Origin: an uncultured Candidatus Saccharimonadales bacterium
GTDB taxonomy: Bacteria > Patescibacteriota > Saccharimonadia > UBA4664 > SCTI01
Reading direction: 5' to 3'
NCBI GenBank assembly: GCA_964423965.1
Contig: CAYRGI010000001.1
Span: forward strand, 15,872 to 62,891
Length of the DNA stretch: 47,020 nucleotides
Shown here piece by piece: positions 8,783 to 15,334 of this stretch. The notes beneath the pieces were generated by a model. That model was not told the origin of the DNA. It worked only from the letters and a program-made list of their open reading frames with translations, and did not search any database. Each line of letters opens with the position of its first letter. Position 1 is the first letter of the stretch. Both the position numbers and the translations under genes were made by a program.

Positions 8783-9391
8783 ATGCGGCGCAGGAAAAGT
8801 CGCTACACTGCAGCAAAACGCGGCAGGGATACAGCTCTTTCGGCAGAGGTAATCAGGCTGAGGGCGCGCCTTCAAGACCTGGAGAAGCGCCTTGCGGATG
8901 CAGAATCGCTTCCCGAAATAGCTGATAGACAAAGCTTCGAGGAGGCCCGCCAACGTCTAGATAACGATCCAGCGATTCAGCTCATCATGTTTGATGCCAA
9001 CAACTTCGGTATGGTCAACAAGATTGCCGGACATGATCTGGGTAATCAAGGGATCGATGAGATGGCGTGTGCAATTCGCGGCGCCGTCGATAACAGCCCC
9101 CATGCTTCAGCTCGTCAAATCTGGAGAATTGGGGGTGACGAGTTTGTTGTTGCCGTGCATGGGACCTACGGTGATGCTCACGAACTTGCACTAGATGCGA
9201 TCGAGAGATTCGGGCATAGGACCCTTGTTCGTGGTCCAGGGGATGTTGTTGTGGTAAGCCTGGAACACGGGATTGGCGATACGTTTTGTGAGGCAGATCG
9301 TGAGCTGCGTGGGTTCAAGGAGGCAAGAAAAGCCTCCGATATGGATCAACACTACCTCCAGTTCAGCAAGCCCTTTGTTGAACACGACTAG
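8783..9391 (+). CDS. Stand-alone GGDEF-domain protein (diguanylate cyclase-like) with a short coiled-coil N-terminus
   Basis: The protein has RIGGDEFVV, an upstream MFDANNFGMVNKIAGHDLGNQGI (metal/substrate region) and a C-terminal EADRELRGFK. No RxxD I-site lies 5 aa before GGDEF. The ATG at 8783 has GAAAGGAG 5 nt upstream. The ORF track starts earlier, at 8729. Confidence 0.75.
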   Translation: MRRRKSRYTAAKRGRDTALSAEVIRLRARLQDLEKRLADAESLPEIADRQSFEEARQRLDNDPAIQLIMFDANNFGMVNKIAGHDLGNQGIDEMACAIRGAVDNSPHASARQIWRIGGDEFVVAVHGTYGDAHELALDAIERFGHRTLVRGPGDVVVVSLEHGIGDTFCEADRELRGFKEARKASDMDQHYLQFSKPFVEHD

Positions 9392-9417
9392 TGGGGCCCA
9401 GAAGATTGGGCCCCACT
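9390..9417 (+). terminator. Perfect 11-bp hairpin immediately after the GGDEF stop codon (no T-run)
   Basis: AGTGGGGCCCA (9390-9400) pairs with TGGGCCCCACT (9407-9417) around a 6-nt loop. Confidence 0.5.
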
Positions 9418-9449
9418 CAACGCAATTATTCCTTGATTCAACCCAGAAG

Positions 9450-9458
9450 TGCTACAAT
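9450..9458 (+). promoter_or_regulatory. Extended -10 (TGcTACAAT) 6 nt upstream of the ATG at 9465
   Basis: The sequence is TGCTACAAT GTGCTT ATG. There is no Shine-Dalgarno sequence. Confidence 0.5.
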
Positions 9459-9464
9459 GTGCTT

Positions 9465-9827
9465 ATGTTAGTTCTTGAGGTGATAACCTGGTGGTATGGC
9501 GCTGGGTGGAAGGGGTTAATACTAAGGCTCCAAAACCTAGTAAATAGGGTATGGGTTGTATTTTCTGTACCATTATTGATTAGGACACTGTTCGCTCCTT
9601 GGCGAAGAATTATTAGCTATACAGATAATAGTTTTATTCAGAACATCCGAGCTGCCCTAGATAATGCGATATCGCGATTTGTTGGGTTCTGGGTTCGACT
9701 CATTGTTATATTTACAGCGGTATTATTCATAATCATCGTAATCATATCTGGAATAGTCGCAGTTGTAGTTTGGCCGCTTTTGCCACTTGTCGGCGCAGGT
9801 GCATTAATAATGGGGCTGCTTCCATGA
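9465..9827 (+). CDS. Small integral membrane protein (120 aa)
   Basis: The protein has hydrophobic segments (VWVVFSVPLLIRTLFAPW; FWVRLIVIFTAVLFIIIVIISGIVAVVVWPLLPLVGAGALIMGLL). Its stop codon overlaps the next start as ATGA (9824-9827). Confidence 0.6.
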   Translation: MLVLEVITWWYGAGWKGLILRLQNLVNRVWVVFSVPLLIRTLFAPWRRIISYTDNSFIQNIRAALDNAISRFVGFWVRLIVIFTAVLFIIIVIISGIVAVVVWPLLPLVGAGALIMGLLP

Positions 9828-12199
9828 GTTATCAGCTGCGACTCAATACCAATCGGGCAGCAAAAGCGCGGTTTGCTCAAGCCCTCAAACCCTGGCTTAC
9901 AAAGCTATTGTGGTTCATCTACCTTTCTTTGCTAACTACTTCTGGGTATTTATTGATAAATGGGCAGAATTCAGGGTGGTCATTATTTGGTATTGCTACC
10001 TTCTTACTTATGTTCCTTATATGGATAATGTGGGATGTTAAGGACATTAAGGTTGAGGGAAGCGCTGCCGATTCAAACTTATCTTTAGATTCAATACTCG
10101 AGCCAAAACTACTCGCTCAAATCAAGAAGTGGCCAATCTCTCCGGCGGAAGCTTTGGGGTATGCTGCAAGAACCTGGGAGGGCAGATTCATAATCAACCG
10201 CATGGGAGTGCCGTTAGAATTGATTCAACAGATCCTGACCAAGCAGGGTAAAACCGATATCTGGGAAAGTGCGGTCAGACTGGCGGCAAATGCTCGCATA
10301 AAGGAGCTAGACGGTGGCGTTGTGGTTGCAGCGGTAATGGGTTCGGATGAGATATCAGGTCTACTTACTGAACTTAAGCTGGAGAACTCGGACGTAATTA
10401 GTGTGTTGATGTGGCAGCAGAGGATCAAGCAAGAGCTGGTAATAAGTAAACCAAAGTATTCATATGGTGGGATCGGAAGAGATTGGGCAAGCGGATATAC
10501 TCCAACTCTTAACCGGTTCGCAAAGAACATCAGTAGAGAAGTGGAATATGGTTATTATCGACATATACCACAGGTACATGAGGTTATTGTCGACCGTATG
10601 GCATCGCAACTAGCGAGCACGAATCCGCGAGTTTCACTTGTTGGCGATGTTGGTAGTGGGAAGACAGCCCTTGTTTACTCCCTAGCGGAACGGCTTATAA
10701 CGGGAAAGAATGCCCATGGGCTAGAGTACTTCTATGTGATGGAGCTTAATGCATCGATTATTCTTTCGGAGGGTAGAATTGAAGAGACCGTACTGCAGCT
10801 TCTCTCGGAGGCCGTTCATGCTAAGAACGTTATCATCTTTCTCGATGACGCTCATCTCTTCTTGGGAGAGGGTACTGGATCGGTCGACCTTTCTCAGGTG
10901 TTACTCCCAATTGTGCAACAATCTTCACTCAAGCTGATCATGGCGATGTCGCCTCATGATTGGCAGGCTCTTACAGCAAAGAACCCTGGGCTGGTTAATA
11001 ATATCTCTAAACTCGCTTTAAGTGCTCCCGCTCCAGAAGACACGATCAAGATCGTTGAAGATGCGGCCCTCGGTATCGAGGCAGAGAGCAAGACAGTTAT
11101 CTCTTACCAGGCAATTAAGGAAGTTTATCGACTTGCCGAGCGCTATCTAACGGAGTCATCGTTCCCTGGTAAGGGGATAACCTTGCTCGAGGCAGCAGCC
11201 AACTACTCCGAGAGCGGAGTAGTAACGACAAAGTCTGTTCAACAAGCGATTGAGGCAACCGTAGGAACAAAGGTGAGTACTGCTGATGCCGGGGAGAAGG
11301 TAAAGCTACTCAATCTTGAAGACGAGATTCACCAGCGCATGATCAACCAGACTCATGCTGTTAAGGTTGTGTCGGATGCACTAAGGCGTGCTCGAGCCGG
11401 CGTGAGCAATCCAAATCGGCCAGCGGGTAGCTTCTTATTCCTAGGCCCAACAGGTGTGGGAAAGACAGAATTAGCGCGTGCACTTGCCGATATCTATTTC
11501 GGTGGCCAGGACAAGATTGTGCGAGTAGATATGAGCGAGTATCAGCAGCCGAGCGACATCGATCGACTCCTTGCGCCTTCTGCCGGGCGTGCCGGCTCGA
11601 GCCTAATATCTAACATCCGCAAGCAACCTTTTAGCGTTGTACTACTTGACGAGATCGAAAAGGCTCATCCGGATGTTCTAAACCTATTGCTTCAATTGCT
11701 TGATGAGGGGCGTCTAACAGATACTGGCGGACGTGTTGCATCGTTCAAGGACGCAATTATCATTGCAACATCTAACGCTGCCGCAGATAAGATCCGCGAG
11801 AAGGTTTCTGCCGGGCAGGAGCTGGCTCAGTTCGAGGACGAGATTGAAGAGCAGTTAATCTCCTCACACCAGTTTAAACCTGAACTGCTCAATAGATTTG
11901 ATGACATTGTTCTATTCAGGCCCCTAAATAAGCCGGAACTCCGACAGGTTGTAGATCTTATGATTGCCGATGTAAACAAGACTCTATATTCGCAGAAGAT
12001 AAAAGTCTCGCTCACCGATGAGGCGGCAGACAAGTTGGTTGAAGAGGGTTACGATCCAAACTTCGGTGCACGCCCGATGCGCAGAATGGTCCAGCGGTCT
12101 GTCGAAAATGTTGTTGCCAAGAAAATTCTCGCGGGCAATGTTAAGTCGGGGCAGGCGGTTGAGCTTGGCTTAGACGACATTGAATTGTCTACGAAATAA
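9824..12199 (+). CDS. Membrane-anchored Clp/Hsp100-family double-ring AAA+ ATPase (ClpB/ClpC-like)
   Basis: Two N-terminal TM helices are followed by Clp_N-like repeats. D1 has Walker A GDVGSGKTA and Walker B IIFLDDAH. D2 has Walker A GPTGVGKTE, Walker B VVLLDEIEKAH and sensor-2 GARPMRR. I saw no obvious ClpP-docking [LIV]-G-[FL] loop and no long coiled-coil M-domain. Confidence 0.85.
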   Translation: MSYQLRLNTNRAAKARFAQALKPWLTKLLWFIYLSLLTTSGYLLINGQNSGWSLFGIATFLLMFLIWIMWDVKDIKVEGSAADSNLSLDSILEPKLLAQIKKWPISPAEALGYAARTWEGRFIINRMGVPLELIQQILTKQGKTDIWESAVRLAANARIKELDGGVVVAAVMGSDEISGLLTELKLENSDVISVLMWQQRIKQELVISKPKYSYGGIGRDWASGYTPTLNRFAKNISREVEYGYYRHIPQVHEVIVDRMASQLASTNPRVSLVGDVGSGKTALVYSLAERLITGKNAHGLEYFYVMELNASIILSEGRIEETVLQLLSEAVHAKNVIIFLDDAHLFLGEGTGSVDLSQVLLPIVQQSSLKLIMAMSPHDWQALTAKNPGLVNNISKLALSAPAPEDTIKIVEDAALGIEAESKTVISYQAIKEVYRLAERYLTESSFPGKGITLLEAAANYSESGVVTTKSVQQAIEATVGTKVSTADAGEKVKLLNLEDEIHQRMINQTHAVKVVSDALRRARAGVSNPNRPAGSFLFLGPTGVGKTELARALADIYFGGQDKIVRVDMSEYQQPSDIDRLLAPSAGRAGSSLISNIRKQPFSVVLLDEIEKAHPDVLNLLLQLLDEGRLTDTGGRVASFKDAIIIATSNAAADKIREKVSAGQELAQFEDEIEEQLISSHQFKPELLNRFDDIVLFRPLNKPELRQVVDLMIADVNKTLYSQKIKVSLTDEAADKLVEEGYDPNFGARPMRRMVQRSVENVVAKKILAGNVKSGQAVELGLDDIELSTK

Positions 12200-12324
12200 C
12201 AAAAAAATTTATAAATTTTTTACGCGTTTTTTAATAATTATTTTGCATTCCAAAATAAAAATATAAATTTTCGAAATTGAAAATCTGCTGTTTCATAAAA
12301 ACATAAGTATTTTGACAAACAAAA

Positions 12325-12350
12325 AATAACGGCTTGGTAAAGCCGTTATT
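12325..12350 (+). terminator. Hairpin terminator in an AT-rich spacer
   Basis: AATAACGGCTT pairs with AAGCCGTTATT (11 bp perfect, GGTA loop). The T-rich TGGTTCTGTTT follows. Confidence 0.6.
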
Positions 12351-12572
12351 TGGTTCTGTTTCGTTGGATTTTTGTTTTGAGTACTGATTTTGTTCAAGTA
12401 CCTATTTACAGATTACATAGGTACAAAAATGCTGTCAATACATTTTTTTAAAAAAAGTATAAGCGGAATGAACTTTTTTGGCCGTGTGCCCAATTGGATG
12501 TTAGTGTCTTTGTGCCAAACTGCGTTATTATGTCACACGAAATCCCAGCCAAAGTTTAAGCGGAGTTAGTCA

Positions 12573-13202
12573 ATGCAAATTACAAAGTACCCACAGTCGT
12601 GTTTAAAAATTGAGCGTGAGGGCCGAGCTATTATTTTTGACATAGGCTCATTCGCGACAGAAAAATATTCAGTTAGCGATTTTGGAAAGTTGGATGCAGT
12701 TATTTATACGCATCGTCACCCCGACCATTTAGACTTGCGAGTGATCGATGAGCTCCACAACAAGGGTGTATCAATTTATGGCAACAGTGACGTAGCAGAC
12801 GCGATCGGAAAAGATTACGTAGAGGTTGTTGAAGACGAAGAGGAGCTTGTAATTGCCGGCTTTAAGATCAAAAGCCTTCATTTGGAGCACTGTCTTCTGG
12901 TTGATGGCAGCAAAACAGTGCCAAATACCGGCTTTGTTATTGAAGACAAGCTCCTAGTACCTGGTGACAGTGTTGAGCCAGGCAATCTTAAATTAGAAGT
13001 AGGGGCTTTGCCAATTTTCGGTCCCGACATCACGTTCCATGATACCTATAAGATGGCCCTAGACCTGGAGGCTAAGGTTGTTATTCCTATTCATTACGAT
13101 ATAGCCAAGATGGATCCAAGCACATTTACTCTTCTGGGGGGTGACTTTCATGGTAAGTTTAAGGTCAATATCCTTAAAGATGGTGAAAGCATAACTATTT
13201 AG
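12573..13202 (+). CDS. MBL-fold metallo-hydrolase
   Basis: The HRHPDHLD motif (HxHxDH) is present, with downstream His/Asp ligand contexts. GGAG lies 9 nt upstream of the ATG. Confidence 0.75.
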   Translation: MQITKYPQSCLKIEREGRAIIFDIGSFATEKYSVSDFGKLDAVIYTHRHPDHLDLRVIDELHNKGVSIYGNSDVADAIGKDYVEVVEDEEELVIAGFKIKSLHLEHCLLVDGSKTVPNTGFVIEDKLLVPGDSVEPGNLKLEVGALPIFGPDITFHDTYKMALDLEAKVVIPIHYDIAKMDPSTFTLLGGDFHGKFKVNILKDGESITI

Positions 13203-13223
13203 GCATAAGCACTTTGAGTCGTT

Positions 13224-13664
13224 TTAAGCCTTTTTAAGGGCTCTTCCAGCTTCGCGATCCTGTTCCCGCCGTTTGATCGTTTCGCGCTTGTCATAGCGCT
13301 TCTTTCCGCGCCCAAGGCCCACCTCAAGTTTTACCAGACCCTTATCTTCTAGGAGTGCCAATGGCACAGCTCTTATCCCGCTATTCTGGCTGCCAATAAT
13401 CTCGTTGATCTGTTTCCTATGAAGTAAAAGTTTGCGACTTCTGTCGGGGTCTAATTTTACCCCTGAAGCAGGGGGGTAGGGAGTGAAATGAGCGTTGGTT
13501 AACCATGCTTCACCGTCTTTAAAGGCAATAAAGCTACCTTTAAGGCTTACGTTGCCTAATTTGGCGCTTTTTACTTCTGGGCCAGACAACACTAAGCCCG
13601 CCATCAGCTTATCTGTTATGGCGTAGTCAAAAAGGGCTTTTCGGTTTTTGGCTAACAGCTTCAT
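13224..13664 (-). CDS. smpB: SsrA-binding protein SmpB
   Basis: MKLLAKNRKALFDYAI...GLVLSGPEVKS...AWLTNAHFTPY...RSRKLLLHRKQI...KGLVKLEVGLGRGKKRYDKRE is a typical SmpB sequence. The ORF track extends to 13733, but the ATG at 13664 matches the family N-terminus. Confidence 0.85.
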   Translation of the reverse strand: MKLLAKNRKALFDYAITDKLMAGLVLSGPEVKSAKLGNVSLKGSFIAFKDGEAWLTNAHFTPYPPASGVKLDPDRSRKLLLHRKQINEIIGSQNSGIRAVPLALLEDKGLVKLEVGLGRGKKRYDKRETIKRREQDREAGRALKKA

Positions 13665-13670
13665 ACTATG

Positions 13671-13676
13671 ATTATA
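13671..13676 (-). promoter_or_regulatory. -10 TATAAT exactly 6 nt upstream of the smpB ATG (leaderless-type)
   Basis: The minus strand reads TATAAT CATAGT ATG. Confidence 0.5.
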
Positions 13677-13695
13677 GGATATCGCTTCATCTAGG

Positions 13696-13701
13696 TATAA
13701 T
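13696..13701 (+). promoter_or_regulatory. -10 TATAAT exactly 6 nt upstream of the argS ATG (leaderless-type)
   Basis: The sequence is TATAAT ATCGTT ATG, with no Shine-Dalgarno sequence. Confidence 0.5.
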
Positions 13702-13707
13702 ATCGTT

Positions 13708-15318
13708 ATGGCAATGCAAGAAATCAAAAGCATTTTATCTCAATCAATTGAAGAAAACTTTGAGCAAAAGATAGAGCCCGAGGTTACATATCCAGATGTA
13801 AAGTTTGGTGATTTTTCCACGAATGTTGCTTTTCAACTGGCGAAGCCGCTCAAGAAAAGTCCTATCGAGATAGCAGAAAAACTATCCCAGTACATCAATC
13901 ATAAACATATTGAGTCTGCCTCGGCTGTTAATGGCTTCATCAACATCAGGATGAAGAAAGATTATTGGATAGATAGACTTCATGAGATTGATGGAAAGTA
14001 CGGCTCATCCGATTTTGGGTCTGGGAAGAAGATGCAGGTTGAGTTTATCTCGGCCAACCCAACTGGCCCACTTACTCTCGGGAACGCTCGAGGAGGTTAT
14101 GTGGGTGACGTAATCGGAAGGGTAATGCAGCACCAAGGCTACAAGGTGACCAATGAATACTACTTCAATGATGCTGGTACACAGATACGTAACCTTGTGG
14201 GCTCGGTTAAGGCTGCGGCTGGCTTTGCCGAGAAAAGCGAAGATCATTATCCAGGTGAGTACATCGAGGAGTTAGCCAAAGATTTTAAATCTGATCTTGA
14301 GTCTAAGGATGAGAAGGAGCTAGCTCAGGTATTAACACAGGCAATCTTTGAAAGATGGATTAAACCATCTATTGATAAGATGGGGGTTAACTACGATGAG
14401 TGGTTCAACGAGAGCAGCCTGGTTGAATCTGGCGAGTTCGAGAATGTGATCAAGATTCTCCACGAAAAAGGTATGTCCTACGAGAAAGATGGGGCGCTTT
14501 GGCTCGAGAGCTCAAAATACGGCGATGAGAGAGACAGAGTAATCAGGAAGTCATCCGGTGATGTAACGTACCTTGGTACCGACATAGCGTACCATCTGAA
14601 TATCTTCAATAAGAGAGGATTTGACCAGGCAGTCAAGATATGGGGAGCAGATCATGCTGGTCAGGTACCATCACTTAAGCTAACAATTGATCAGCTTGCA
14701 CCAGGAAAGAAGCTGGACTTTGTCTTGATGCAATGGGTGCGCTTAATCAAGGAAGGCCAAGAGGTCAAGATGAGCAAGCGAGCGGGCACATATGTAACGG
14801 TTGAAGAACTGGTTGATGAGGTTGGTTCGGATGTTGCAAGGTTCTTCTTTTTACAACGTTCTACCGATACGGCAATGGATTTTGATCTGGATTTGGCAAA
14901 AGAACAGTCTCAAAAAAATCCGTTGTTTTATGTTATGTACTCTTACGCTAGGGCACACTCAATACTCAAGCAGGCTGACTTACGTGGTCTAACTCCGGTC
15001 AGCAGCATCTCCGAAATATCAGATCAGGAATTGGCGCTTATTCGTTACATCAGTCGATTTCCTGGTGTCTTAGATGAGGTGGTTCAGGATTATGGTGTCC
15101 ATAGGCTTACTTTCTTTGCGATGGAAACGGCAAAGCTTTTCCACGATCTTTACGAGAGTGAGCGAATTATTGATTTGGATAAAGGCGTTGCATCTAAGCG
15201 CCTCTACACAATTCAGAAGTACACACAGTTCATGCGGCTTCTATTTGGGTTGATTGGTGTAACTCCAGTCGACAGGATGGAGCACAACGAAGAGCCAGAT
15301 ACATCCAACCCGGCTTAA
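13708..15318 (+). CDS. argS: Arginine--tRNA ligase
   Basis: SANPTGPLTLGNARG is the class I HIGH-region variant typical of ArgRS. The length is 536 aa, with a C-terminal DALR-type anticodon-binding region (FYVMYSYAR). Confidence 0.9.
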   Translation: MAMQEIKSILSQSIEENFEQKIEPEVTYPDVKFGDFSTNVAFQLAKPLKKSPIEIAEKLSQYINHKHIESASAVNGFINIRMKKDYWIDRLHEIDGKYGSSDFGSGKKMQVEFISANPTGPLTLGNARGGYVGDVIGRVMQHQGYKVTNEYYFNDAGTQIRNLVGSVKAAAGFAEKSEDHYPGEYIEELAKDFKSDLESKDEKELAQVLTQAIFERWIKPSIDKMGVNYDEWFNESSLVESGEFENVIKILHEKGMSYEKDGALWLESSKYGDERDRVIRKSSGDVTYLGTDIAYHLNIFNKRGFDQAVKIWGADHAGQVPSLKLTIDQLAPGKKLDFVLMQWVRLIKEGQEVKMSKRAGTYVTVEELVDEVGSDVARFFFLQRSTDTAMDFDLDLAKEQSQKNPLFYVMYSYARAHSILKQADLRGLTPVSSISEISDQELALIRYISRFPGVLDEVVQDYGVHRLTFFAMETAKLFHDLYESERIIDLDKGVASKRLYTIQKYTQFMRLLFGLIGVTPVDRMEHNEEPDTSNPA

Positions 15319-15319
15319 C

Positions 15320-15328
15320 TGCTATAAT
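15320..15328 (+). promoter_or_regulatory. Extended -10 (TGcTATAAT) 6 nt upstream of the helicase ATG
   Basis: The sequence is TGCTATAAT CGGCAT ATG. Confidence 0.5.
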
Positions 15329-15334
15329 CGGCAT

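Noticed and set aside
12557-12568. The 12-mer AAGCGGAGTTAG is shared upstream of the starts at 12573 and 44976.
   Set aside because: Chance 12-mer matches are expected many times in a 47-kb window, and the flanks do not align. It is most simply a similar GGAG ribosome-binding context.
12200-12572. AT-rich spacer considered as the chromosomal replication origin.
   Set aside because: There is no cluster of DnaA boxes and no dnaA/dnaN nearby. The gyrB-gyrA pair is 22 kb away. I kept it only as a low-interest observation.
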